Positions 36,254 to 49,069 of a DNA stretch of 64,000 bases are shown here, piece after piece (within the stretch, counting starts at the first letter, position 1; the number at the start of each line of letters is the position of its first letter). The notes under the pieces were generated by a model that had not been told where the DNA came from, made no database searches, and saw nothing but the letters and a program-made list of their open reading frames with translations. The position numbers were made by a program, and so were the translations under genes. Source of the stretch: Narcine bancroftii (lineage: Eukaryota). The stretch is from positions 102,672,001-102,736,000 of the forward strand of contig NC_091476.1 of assembly GCF_036971445.1 (NCBI RefSeq). Reading direction: 5' to 3'.

Positions 36254-39200
36254 CTGAAACACAAGATTTTGTAAGTCCATCCATTTATGTGTTAGAATCT
36301 TAAAGACAGCAAGATTAAAAATCCCCACATTCCAACAGATCAATGTTGATTTAAAGACCAGCTATTTATTCCTCTTTCCAGACTCCACCATTAGTTCTTT
36401 ACTTTAAGTGACTTTTCTGAGATAGTAACAAGTGTTTTAGATGAACACAAAATTCTCATTAATTAAATTTGGAAAAATACATCAACCCTGAATATATCAT
36501 AAATTACTGGGAATTTATCTTAAATTCTTTTAGTTTTGAAATTATCCCCAAAAAAGATTCTTCATGGCCATTCAACCTGGCTTGTTTATGCTCCATACAA
36601 ATCTCTTCCTATTCAACCCACAATCCCATTGTTAGATCTTTCTTTCCTCTTTCATGTGATTATTCCATTATATAATTAGTGCTATCTAGCTTGTGAGTAC
36701 TCTCAGGATAAAGAAAACTTTCTTCTAAATTCTCAATGTAATTTACCAGTAACAAGTGTACAACCAAATGTAAATATTGAAGGAAACACAAAATATTTTT
36801 CTTCACAAATATCCTACATACTGAAAATATGGCCTCTACCCACTTTTGGATTAGACTCCTGAGGAGCCAACACTATGCATGGCATTAGCCAGTGCCACTG
36901 CAGAGATTGCCAACAGAAGACAATTGCTGGAGTAATGGTTGGGGAAGTAGAGAGTTCTGAGATATGAGAGGGGGGAATGGGATGGCAGAGGAATAAGGAT
37001 GGTTGAAGGGAAGGTGGGGATGGAGATTTGATGGGAAGGGTTGAGTTGGTGGTCAGGCCAGTAATTGGAGGAGGTATGTGGGGAGCTAATAACAATGTAA
37101 AATTAAATGGAGGCTCCGATATGAAGGGTGAAGACCTTCTATGCATGGCAATTTTGCAGAAGTGATGCCAAACAAATGTGACCACTTTGAGCCCAGAGCC
37201 TCTGTGCATTCACATCACATAATGTATCTTTAACAATGCAAATCCATAGACCTCTGCCAAACTGAAAAATCATCAAAATTTGATGGTATAAACTCTTCCA
37301 GAATATAAAAGACTGCAGTAAGCTCAACCCAGTCTTCACTTTCACTAAAAATAATCAGCTCTTCCTTTCAAAGATCATGGTCAGTTTTACTGAAAATACT
37401 TAAGAGCCTCCAACTTTAAATCCATAAATTGAGTAAGACCCAAATATAGAAGGCCCGATAAAGAAGTTTGCAGGTGTTTTTAAATTGGTCATGTGATTGA
37501 GTGAGGTGGGAAGCTTTAGATTACAGAAAGGTATGAATGGCCTGGCCAATTAACTGGAAAGGTAGTTAAAAGATTAATTCAGAGGTAATGCATTTGGGAA
37601 GATGAAACAAGGGAAAATAAAATAAATAAGGTTTTTGAGTATCATGAAGGAGAAAGGACCTTTTGGTGTGCACCCACAGCTCTTAAAGATCGTGCAACAT
37701 ATCAATAAAAGTGGTTAAAAATGTTCAAGATCATTTTCTTGATCAGAGAATGTAACAGTCTGGTGTTTATACTGAAAATGTTTTCACTGCTCAATTGACA
37801 TCAGCTAAATAATATTGATAGCAAGAAGAAAGACTTGATAAGCTTTGGGTTGTTTTTTTTTTGAAAAATGAGGCTAAGGAGAGATTGTGTACAAGATTAT
37901 AAGGCCCCTGGGCTGGGGAAATAGAAGTACCTATTTCTTTCAGCAGAGAGATCTAAAATAAGGAGCGATTGATTCAAAGTAATTGATAGAAGGATTGGAG
38001 GATAGAGGAGAGAAAAAACCCAGATGGTACTCAGGATCTGGCGCTTATTGCCTGTATCGGTGGCAGAAACAGAAAACTTTATTCAAATACTTCTTCAATG
38101 TTCTGCACTTGAATAGTTATGACCCACAGGGCTAGCAACCTAAAGGCGGAATTAGGCTCTGTAGTCACAAATACAATGGGCCAAATGATCATTTTCTTTT
38201 GGAGACATGGGTGCATAGCAAATGTGAAAGTGGAGGACGCAATTCACATTTAGCTTACACAGGTGGTCATTGAATTATGGAGGGGAGTGCATTCCTAGAA
38301 AATTACCTATATCATAATCTTCTGTGACACAAATTCCCCCTCTTCCCAATGAATCCCATGTTATAAGCAGAGATGTGTTCCAACAGGATGATTTTCTCTC
38401 ATATTAAGCCATTTTATCAGCAATGAAAAGTGACAGGCTACCATTATTTTACAGCCAAGGCTAACATAAGACTTGGGGGGTGATGGATGAGGTTCAAGCA
38501 AAAGAAGCAACACCTTTTGTCAATTTTTATTTTAGACACTTGATACCGTTGACCAATACATTTTGAATATGACATCACCATGTCAATTTGGTTGGCAGCC
38601 ATGTGTACAAGTATAGCACTGCTGCACTTTTAATTTATGAAGCATTCTCTCTAATGTGAAAGGCTTGTGGATAAGAAAGGGTTGAGGAAGAGGGGATATC
38701 AGGGACAGGGATGGGATTCAGGACTGAGTCTTATGGAAAAAAGATAGGAGTTATAGGTTAAAGTACAGTGACTTGGTGGAAGTAAAGGCCAAAGCATTAC
38801 TTTAAGGAGCTTGCCACAGCTACCGCAGTTTCCAACAACGCAGCACATCTGAGAAAATGCCTCACAGATCAAGAGCATACTGCGCTGCATTCGGAGACGT
38901 CCATTCACATATCCTTAGAATTGAGAGGGTATGGAAGAGGGACTCAGCTGTTACTGCCAAACCAATTGCTGTCATATTCAAATATCATTGCCCCACTGTA
39001 TTGAATGACAAAAGGTAAAAACTGATAAAAATGTGTTTCTTTCACATTTTGTGTTTATTTATTTATCCCACTCACACATAATTCCATATTACAAATTGTA
39101 TTCTGTATATCAAATATTTGGGACATTATCTGTGAATTCAGAATGTGTGAATGGCAAATTTCTAAACACATCTAACTCAGGGAGTCAGTTCCAGGCAACT

Positions 39201-39429
39201 CTGTTGCTCATACAGTACTACAAACTTTAACATTCTGACCAATTATTAATCTAACCAAGTTGCCCTTTCCACAACATCAAATAAACATGGTCCTTTAACA
39301 AGACAAGCCAGTGTCTAGGGAACAGAAAGTCAAGTAAATAGGTCTGAACTAACAGACACACAGCACTTGGGGCTTACAACTCCACGCAGAAGCTGTAGTA
39401 AACTGTACTTAAGAACAAAAACAGAAGAG

Positions 39430-39925
39430 GAGTAGGTCCGATCCACTATATGATACAGCTACGTCTGATCCGATCTTGGACTTTCCTCCCGATCACCTAT
39501 AACCATCAATTCCCCAACAAAGCAAAAATCTGTTCATTGTGGTCTTTCATGTAGTCAATAATTTAGCCTTCAAAGCTTTATAAGGATTGAGAATTCTCAA
39601 CATTTACAACCCTGACAGAAAAGTTCCTTCTCACCAGTTTTAAATGGGGGACCTCACATTGCAAAATTATGCCTGTGGTTTGAGTGAAACATCCTTTCAG
39701 TGTCCACCCTATCAAGTCTCTTCAAGTTTATGTCTTAATAAAGTTATCTCTCATTCTTCTAAACACCAATGTGCATTGGTCCAACCTGCTAATCTTTTCC
39801 TCATCTCCATCTCAGGATTCAGCCCAGCAAATCTTCTCTGAACTGTCTCCATTTCAAGTATGTTGATCCTACAGAAGACCAAGACTGTATGCAGTACTCC
39901 AGGCATAGTGTTACAACTGCAGCCA
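39430..39925 (-). mobile_element. Degenerate CR1 3' region
   Basis: Resembles the CR1 at 58150-58700 (gaccaagactgtatgcagtactccagg). Confidence 0.55.
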
Positions 39926-40436
39926 TTCCTATAACACTGCCCTTAGGAACGAAAACTGAAGGGGAAATATATTCCAAAAGTTTCACTCCTAGATCTTGGC
40001 ACTTGTGTTCCAGAGTAAAATTTCAGACAGATAAAAAGCAGAGGAGTGGAAACCAGGTCAATAGATCCAATACAGAGAAACCCATTTACAGAAACAAGCA
40101 GTGGATGGAGTGGAGGGTGTGAAATATTTGATGAAAGCTTCCTTACATGCCCTACCTTACCATTTACACTCCTGCTTCAATTAACTTCAAATGGCACCAT
40201 CAACATGACTTACAGAAAATGCATGAAAAAGGACAATCCTGCTTCCTTTCAGCTATCCACTGTCAAATTTTTACAGCATTTTTAATCATCACAAAATGCT
40301 CCACCACAGCCAACAAAATTGGGAGGAACTCACATGGAAATGCCAACACTGACAAAACCAGCACCTTCAAACTTATGAAGCTTCAGTTGTCCTGGCTATT
40401 GCTAAGTCATACCAGTGGACAACCACCTGGACCTAC

Positions 40437-40708
40437 CTTTCTGCTGGGACTTAAGTCTTGACTGGCAACTTTCCCCCTCGAGGAAGTTGGCTTACAGATA
40501 GATTGCCTCTTCTGAGTGGGCAACAGATCGGAGTTTCCTGAGCCCGGCCTCTGGTCTGAGGCTTGAGACCCCAGCTTCTTTTTCCGTGGCGGTGACAGGT
40601 CAGAGTCATGACCTCCCTTTTGTGGGGGTGAAAGGTCAGAATCGGCATTTTGTCGTCTCCGTGGAGATCCTCTTGCTCTTCTGTCCTTGTGTCTCACTGG
40701 GGACACAG
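40437..40708 (-). CDS. BUD13: BUD13 exon 6 (DSDLSPPR repeats)
   Basis: ctag|CTGTG...AAG|gtaggt, phase 1-0. An alternative in-frame donor lies at about 40413. Confidence 0.85.
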
Positions 40709-41688
40709 CTAGGTATGAAATTTTCACAGTAAAAAAAAAATCAATATTCTTAAATTGTAAAATTGAAATTCTAGACAAAAGTACAAATTTGCAACATCTG
40801 GACCTCAACGTCGAGCCTTAGTCACACACGAGAGGAGCATGTTGTCAGTTAACTGTTGGGATAACTTTACATTCAACCTTCATTATACTTAGCCTCTTAT
40901 TTTTAGGAAAAGTGTAGAGAGCTTTATTCTGCATGTACTATCTGCCTTAGCATTGATTGAGATGATGGTTGCCTATTCCCAATTCAAATTCCCATCTCCT
41001 GTTGCTCTGGGCATAATACTTTAGGAAAAGCTCCATGTCTCAGAAAGAATGCAGACAAAACTTCAAATGGTACAAATGATGAGCGAGATGAGGTGTGTGG
41101 GGAGTAACTACTGTTCTGCTTAGTTCAAAGGGAACATGTGTTCAAATTTATGACTATCTGCAGAGAACGGATTCCATTGGCAAAAAAAATAACAAAGTGC
41201 AGAGCTTGGAAAATCAACCAAAGAAATGCAAGATTATTTTAATGCAGCTAGTTGTTGGAACCTAGGCTGAAACACCTGAAAGCACAGTGGAATGTAAAGG
41301 AATAGTGACTTGCAAATATGTTAAATTAATAATTGATAAATATGTAAAGCTCTTAGAAAAGAGCAGGGGAGGGACTAATTTAACAAATATTTAAAAGAGG
41401 CAGCACAGATCTGATGGGTCAGGAATTCTGTGTTCCATTCAACCTTTGGAAACAATTTTTGTCATGACAGAAAACCACAAAGGCTTTGACTGGCCTATAC
41501 TGGGATATTTTGTGCATCAGTTCACTTCCTTGCTGCACCTGCCTCAGCTTACTGGGAACCATTCAATCTTTTTCAGGCTGAAGACAGGTCAAAGTCAGAA
41601 CAGTTTTAAGATTTCTGGGCAATGAAGGGTTTAAGGATCATTGTTTCTACAAGGAACTAAAAATTAAGGGGAATTATACCACACTTAC

Positions 41689-42641
41689 CATATGACGGGG
41701 CTGTAGATTGGATTGATTTTTCTGCATTTTTCTTCCGAGGGGCTGAGAGGTCAGGAGAAGCATGGCGTCTCCTCCGAGGAGGTGAAAGGTCAGAAGAATC
41801 GTGGCGTCTCCTCAGAGGAGGTGAAAGGTCAGAAGAATTGTGGCGTCTCCTCCGAGGGGGTGAAAGGTCAGGAGAATCGTGGCGAACCCTCCGAGGGGGT
41901 GAAAGGTCAGGAGAATCGTGGCGAACCCTCCGAGGGGGTGAAAGGTCAGGAGAATCGTGGCGAACCCTCCGAGGGGGTGAAAGGTCAGGAGAATCGTGAC
42001 GAACCCTCCGAGGGGGTGAAAGGTCAGGAGAATCGTGGCGTCCTCTCCGAGGGGGCGAAAGGTCAGGAGAATCGTGGCGTCCTCTCCGAGGGGGCGAAAG
42101 GTCAGGAGAATCGTGGCGTCCTCTCCGAGGGGGCGAAAGGTCAGGAGAATTGTGGCGAACCCTCCGAGGGGGTGAAAGGTCAGGAGAATCGTGGCGTCCT
42201 CTCCGAGGGGGTGAAAGGTCAGGAGAATCGTGGCATCCTCTCTGATGGGGCGAAAGGTCAGGAGAATCGTGGCGTCCTCGCCGAGAGGGTGAAAGGTCAG
42301 GAGAATCGTGGCGTCTTCGCCGAGAGGGTGAAAGGTCAGGAGAATCGTGGCGTCTTCGCCGAGAGGGTGATGGGCCAGGAGAATCATGGTGTCCTCTCCA
42401 AGGGGGTGAAGGGCCAGGAGAATCATGGTATCCTCTCCGAGGGGGTGAAAGGCCAGGAGAATCATGGCGTCCTCTCCGAGGGGGTGAAGGATCAGGAGGA
42501 TTGTGCCACCAGTCCCGTACAGGTGAAACACCTGGAGAATCGTGACGCTGTCTTTTGGTAACTGAAGGATCAGGTGAAAGCGATCCTATGTTTTTCTTAG
42601 TAAGCCGAGAACCATAATCCATCCTTTGTCCTGGTAATGAA
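41689..42641 (-). CDS. BUD13: BUD13 exon 5 with about 21 x 13-aa (RHDSPDLSPPRRx) repeats
   Basis: cttctttttttaag| acceptor (phase 2), G|gtaagt donor, within ORF 41657..42670. Confidence 0.92.
41735..42550. repeat. 39-bp coding minisatellite
   Basis: A gagggggtgaaaggtcaggagaatcgtggcgaaccctcc-like unit repeated about 21 times. Confidence 0.95.
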
Positions 42642-43912
42642 CTTAAAAAAAGAAGCACACTTTCATACACTGAAATGTGATGTCAAGAACAAGACCTCAG
42701 AATTTTACTCAACTATTTTAATTATCTATACAACATATTCTATTATAGCTTGGCTGCAAAATGACACAACAGGTCATAAAGGCAGCATGCCTACACCCAC
42801 CTCACAGCAGGTGGCAGATTTGCATCTCTTCCCACCTTCAGCCATCAGAGGCCAGAGCAAAAATTCTCTCCAAATCATTTTTAGTTCTCTCCCTCACTTA
42901 AAAAAAATCTTTAAGCCTACCTCTTCCATGAAGAATTTATGTACCTGCTCTATTTTTCACTAAAGCTCTTTACAGCTGTATAAACAGACACAATAGAGGG
43001 GAGTGAATTAGAAACAAATCACTTCCAATTGATTGACAATGTACCTGCAGCCAAGAGGCAAACCAGCTGATCATTGATATATATGGACTATGTCTTCCCA
43101 AATCATCTACTATTGTAGCAGATTCTCCTGTTTGTTTTTCCAAGTATGCATATAACCATATAACCATGTACGGAGCGGAAACAGACCATGTTGGCCTTTC
43201 GAGTCCACACCGGTTCACTGATTTTGCGCGCCCTCTTCAGGCATTGGTCCCGGTAGATCTTCATTCAATAATGATGGGCTAATTCAATGCAGGTGGAATC
43301 TTATTGAAATTGAAAGCAAGATTGTTGTCCTGGCACCACACAACCAGATTCTTGATCTCCATCCTGCTTTCTGACTCATGGTCATCATCTTGGATCTCCG
43401 AAAATCTTATCGACTAAAACTTACCTTTATAAACATTAAGCAGTCTCAACGGATTGCAGCTACTTGAGGATGGAAGTCCCAAAGTAAATTAAGGCTCAAG
43501 AACATTACCTTCAAAGTTGGTGCAAAGAAGTGAGATATAAGGTGTAATCTTGAGACCCAGCTCACTAATGTCGTCACCCACCTGCATCAAGGAGGACACA
43601 GATAGACAAATCCTACCTGGATCTAGCGGCAGTGTCCGGAATTGAACACTAGGACTATATGGACCAGGACTTTTACTTGTATGAGCTCAATCTTTCCCAT
43701 ACAATAATCTAATCTGCTTACTTCGTATGGACTCTGACATTTCTTGAACTTTAGTCATATATTTCCTCTTCCAGTGGGAAGCTTTCCCTTACATCCATGA
43801 TACCAAAAGTAATAAAAAAATGTTCTAAAGGGAAGTGGAGCAAATAATAATTAAATATATCAGTAATAGACTACAGTCTCACCACCCATTAGTGTCTGTC
43901 ATTTAAACTTAC

Positions 43913-43967
43913 CTGCCAGTCAGTGTTTGTAAAAACAGGTCTGAGTCCTGGGTATCTGCATTTTCAT
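43913..43967 (-). CDS. BUD13: BUD13 exon 4 (DENADTQDSDLFLQTLTG)
   Basis: tttttttaag| ... AG|gtaagt, phase 1-2, links exon 3 to exon 5 in frame. Confidence 0.75.
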
Positions 43968-44990
43968 CTTAAAAAAATACACAAAGGTGTTAATGGCCTT
44001 CACACTTACATCCACCTTGTGCTTCTTTAACACTTCTTTTTAATCATATATCAGAAAAGATATAGGTTAGCCATTGATATATTCTTTTGTTCATTCTCTT
44101 AAGCTGGGAGGTTGAGGGGGAGGTAAGGAAATGACGGCGAAACACTGAATCAGAGATTTGCATTGCTCAAATGTAGTTTTCAAATAATTGGCAGCACATT
44201 GTGGCTCCATGCCTATGTTCGACCCTGAGTGGGGTTTATCTCTGTGACTACACGGGGTTTCCCCTATGTGCTGTAATTTACTTACACATCTCAAGCTTCT
44301 ACTAGTTGGTGGGTGGTAGAATCTTTGGTGAGGGGGCAGAGTAGCTAATGGGAATAAGTCACAGAAACAACCAGTGGGAGAATAGGAATGCTGTCAGCTG
44401 GCAGTCTTGATGAGCCAAATTGTCTCCTCATACATCATAATAAGATGTAGTTACAGAAGCCTTGTAGAATGTTACCGACACAAAACAAACAATCCAGCTG
44501 CAGTTCGCTGACAATACAGTGTTGATTAACCATGGAAGAGACACTATAACTTATCCTGCATTAGAGCCCCCACCATAGCAAGAGCCAGTGCCTGGTGGTG
44601 GCTTTTAATGTTATATACCTATCTGCCTGGGATGATGAATGGTATGTCAGAAGGAGAATTGGATGATTGTTAATGAATGCAGAAATATCAGAACTATTCA
44701 GATAAGGGAAAATAGGCAATGGAGCAGACAACACTGGAGTCATTAGCTAATAGAATGGCCAACAGAGCATGGAAGGCCACGCTATAAATTGTAGCACTGA
44801 GCTCAAACCCCATCAAGCCAGTTTGAAAATTTTAACTGTTTAAAAGGAACTGAACAAGTAATTGGAAAGCCCAACTAGTTCATTTTATCTTTCAGGACTG
44901 AAAAGGTGCCATCAAACCAGTTCCATTTCTGGTCTTAGTCCCACAATAAATTGACTGACCCTGAGTGATCCTTTGAAGTATCGCATAAGC

Positions 44991-45915
44991 CTGGGGTGGC
45001 CAAACTTGCTTAATGTAAGAGCCACAAACGATAAAGCTCAGATGCTTGAGAGCGGCAGGATAAAAACAAAATTCACACATACGTTTTTACTGTTATAAAT
45101 TTTATATAAATTTTAAGAAATGCATATTAAATGCAATAATATTTATTCATGCTTGAAGTTTTTAAACTGTTAATTTGTATTAGTTTCAATAATCACAGAC
45201 ACAAATATGTAAAAAAAAGGTAAACCAAAAAAAATGAGATATTTTCATCAGATTTCCACTGTACAAAATTAGTCTTATTATAATCATATTTTTTTTATGA
45301 CTAAAATACAATGCTACAAATATCAGGCTATTAAAGATGCGAGTCGGACGGACAAGGGGGGAGACTGGCAGCGCAAGTCGGGCGGGCGAGGGGGAGGGAC
45401 CGGCAGCGCGAGTCGGGCGGGCGAGGGGGAGGGACCGGCAGCGCGAGTCGGGCGGGCGAGGGGGAGGGACCGGCAGCGCGAGTTGGGCGGGCGAGGGGGA
45501 GGGACCGGCAGCGCGAGTCGGGCGGGCGAGGGGGAGGGACCGGCAGCGCGAGTCGGGCGGGCGAGGGGGAGGGACCGGCAGCGCGAGTCGGGCAGGCTAG
45601 GGGGAGGGACCTGCAGCACGAGTCGGGAGGGCAAGGGGGAGGGACCGGCAGCCCAAGTCAGGCGGGTGAGGGGGAGGGACCGGCAGCGCGAGTCGGGCGG
45701 GCGAGGGGGAGGGACCAGCAGCTCGAGTCGGGCGGCTGAGGGGGAGGGACCGGCAGCGCGAGTCGGGCGGCCGAGGGGGAGGGACCGGCAGCACGAGTCG
45801 GGCGGCCGAGGGAGACTGGCAGCGCGTCGGGCAGGCAAGGGAGACTGGCAGCGAGCCCCATATTAAAGGTCAAAGAGCCGCATACGGCTCGCGAGCCGCG
45901 GTTTGACCACCCCTA
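44991..45915. mobile_element. Non-autonomous hAT (Charlie-like) DNA transposon carrying a GC-rich minisatellite
   Basis: TIRs ctggggtggccaaac / gtttgaccaccccta, imperfect 8-bp TSD gcataagc / ccttaagc, subterminal gagccgc motifs. Confidence 0.8.
45339..45857. repeat. 35-bp G-rich minisatellite (about 14-15 copies)
   Basis: Unit gcgagtcgggcgggcgagggggagggaccggcagc. Confidence 0.95.
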
Positions 45916-46101
45916 CCTTAAGCTATTCAGCTCAAGATGGCTGTTAATATTTGGATAACCAAGGAGAGGGTAATAGATGCTGACAATTTTAATGACATTC
46001 AAATTTCTTCACTGAATTTAATTAGACAACTATTGGTTTTAACAGCATTTCAAAATCTACTATAAAATTGATGTACAATTATTTTTGTTAAAACGACATA
46101 C

Positions 46102-46186
46102 CACCTAATATTTTCCACTTATTGCTTGACCGGAATTCTTCCATTTGTTGAATAACGACTGGTCTCTCATCTATGAATTCTGCAAT
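46102..46186 (-). CDS. BUD13: BUD13 exon 3 (IAEFIDERP...FRSSNKWKILG)
   Basis: Matches the conserved AEF.DERP...FRSS.KWK motif, phase 0-1. Confidence 0.93.
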
Positions 46187-47874
46187 CTGAAAAAGTAAGG
46201 AACAAAGTAAAATATGTCAACTTTCATTTATATAGTGCCTTTAACATAGTAAAATGTTCCCAGAATTTCACAGGATCATCGTTACAAAATCTGGCATAGA
46301 GCTGAAAGAAATATTAGGACTGGTGACCAAAAACTTTGGTTAAAAGGATAAATGTTAAAGAAATTTTGAGGACAGAAGAGGGAGATGGAGGTTTAGAAAA
46401 GGAATGCTGGGTCTCACAGGGAGCACATCTGCCAATACAGGATTTGCATTAGAACTAGAAGAGTCAAATTTTTGGCAAGTTATAAGAGGATAGAAAGACA
46501 GGAAGCCAAGATGGTTATTTGAAAAGAACTTTAGCTGATACAAGTTAACAAAGTGATTGTGGATAAATGGGACAAGGTGCAATTTAGAATGAATGGAGCA
46601 GCATTTTGGATCAGCTCAGATTCCAGCACTGGCAGCCTTTGTTCTTCAAATCACTCTCTCCACCTGTATTATTTATCTTCCTTCACCTGAGCAATCTGTT
46701 TTCTTGCCTCTCTCTCCCATTGTCTGGCAGTCCTCTGTCTCAGGTTCCACCCCTTTTGATTCACCAATCCCATGTGGGGCCACTGTCACACATTCTCCCA
46801 CCCTCTCCGCTTACACAGCTTCTGTCCTGATGAAAAGCTTCAGCTCGAAATAGCGAACATTGTTTTTTCTCCCATCGATGCTGCTTAACCCACTGATTTC
46901 CTCCAGCAGATTATTTTTGGCTTTAGTTCAGCCAAGAATGCAAGGAAAGTAACGAGAAAAATCTGGTATTTCATGAGAAGGGGCAATACATTCACAAACT
47001 CAAGGGATTTGACCACAGGGAGAGAAGGTGACTAGATGGAATCACACCTGGTCCCTCCCAAAGATTCCTTTGCAGCTTTCTCACATACTAAACTGACAAA
47101 TACTGGGGATCGGATTTCCCAGCTGAGGCTCCTGCCCACAGATTGATATCAAGAGAAATGGATAAAGGAAAAAAAAGGGCAGAAAGGATAATTTTGCCAC
47201 AAGAAGCCATGTTTTCTGTCCCAAACAATTTCAGGAAAATACAAAAAAAGCTACAGTTTGTTAGACATTAAGTATAGGTCACTCTAAATTCTCTAGCATT
47301 TCTCGACAGAAACATTTCCAATTATACCCGACTGTTTAACTCTTTGAATCTTACCACATATAGCACAAAAGGCACTGGGCTCTCTATTTTTTCTTTTAAA
47401 CAGCAAATTCAATTAGTTCTACTCTAAACACATACCATTAGCTTCAAATAAATATCCAATTTCCAACTGGGCTAATATCAAATCTGCCCCTACCCTTTAA
47501 GGTGGAGCTTGCAAAATTAACTGAAGTTTTAAAAATCCTCCTTTTGCCTTTAATGCTTTTGCTTTCAACCATACAATAACATATTAAGGATTCTTTGAAT
47601 AGACCATTGGAAGAGTGGATAATTTAGAGGGCTATATTTTGGGATTGGTCAATAGATGCAGCACATTTTTCAAACCAATTCTTCTGGCATCACAGCAGCC
47701 TTCATGTGGAATATGGTCAAAATCTTATTCAATTAAAAGTAACTGACATTATTAAACAGATTTTAGCAGCAGAATTTAGCAGTGTGGTTGTGCAGTTTCC
47801 ACATCGTGAAGTACAAAATAAGCCTCACTGAAGAAAGAGAAATCTAGGAATTAAGTTGTCTACCTACTACATAC

Positions 47875-47971
47875 CACAGGAGCTTCATCATCCTCACCAG
47901 ACTCAACCTCCAGAGCCTTCTCTTCCTTCACCAAGCTCTTCCACGTCACATCATCATCCACAATCCGCATT
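47875..47971 (-). CDS. BUD13: BUD13 exon 2 (MRIVDDDVTWK...DDEAPV)
   Basis: Conserved MRIVDDDV motif, phase 2-0. Confidence 0.93.
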
Positions 47972-49069
47972 CTGTATTATGACAAGAAGAAAAGATTTTC
48001 ATCATTTTCCGGAAACCAAACAGGACAAATGCTTAGCAAAGGCAATGTTTACATGGCAAAATAAACACAAAAAGTTGCTAGCAAGAAATCAGGGCTGCCT
48101 TCTTTGAAGTTAAGATGACATTGAGGAGATTTGATAGCAGTAAAGTCATTTAAGAACTTATATGATTTATCCTTTGTTACTCTGCTTCCAGTTCCAGAAT
48201 TACCACTAAACAGAAGGGAGAGATTTAAGTAACATGGAAAGGATCCAGAAAAACATGCAGTATTTATTTACAAAAGCTGTGTATCATTCATTACATCCTG
48301 TAGCACATTGGTTGAAAGAGCAATGGTCGCATAATCAATTCTAAATACTTGAATAAAATGATTCATTTAAATGTTAATTCAATTATATAGAGTAAACATG
48401 GAGAAAGAATAGGGGAGTGTGAATACTTCAAGAATGTTCAAAGAATTAGCTGATTTGCTCCAGGTGGACTTAAAGATTGCAATAAACCCCTCATTAATCT
48501 ATGTTTATTGTTGACAATCCAATTACTCTGGCACCAAGGCCTATCTCTAAAGCTCTCTCTTCAAAAACACTTATTTAATCCTCCGAACAAGATTTTGGTC
48601 CTCCATTCTAAAATATATGGAAGATGTTCCTACGTAATGTCATTGGAAGTTTTACTGCTTACAAATTTTTCATAGCGCTATAATATGTACTGGGGCAGTG
48701 GAAAGTCATCAGATAGAATGAATCCAAACAGAAATAATTATACATTTCAAATATATTTAGATGTTTTAATACTGCAAGACTATAAAACATCATCAGTAGA
48801 CTTCTTTGGTTAAAAGATTAAAGAGCCAGAGTTTAGAAAGGGCGAGAAACAGTGATAGAATCATTTAAAAAAATGCAAAAAGGCCATTCAATCTTGTACC
48901 TTCATGCCAGTCAAAAAGGACCTGCCTCAGGAATACATTCAGATACTTTTTCAATAGTAATGAAGGTGTCACAAACAAGTCACAAAATTTGGTGTTTTGT
49001 GGCAGCATCATATTGGAAACATTCATATTATAATCATCTTACAACATTACTATAAAAAAGTAAAAATAA

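Noticed and set aside
41713-42561. 282-aa + strand and 239-aa alternative-frame ORFs
   Set aside because: By-products of the stop-free 39-bp BUD13 repeat.
43617-43790. Possible additional small BUD13 exons
   Set aside because: Weak acceptors, and exon 4 already joins exon 5 in frame.
45339-45857. CRISPR-like array (also considered for 525-686 and 41735-42550)
   Set aside because: Head-to-tail repeats with no unique spacers, in eukaryotic DNA.
45297-45873. Long G/R/P-rich ORFs on both strands
   Set aside because: Translations of the 35-bp minisatellite.
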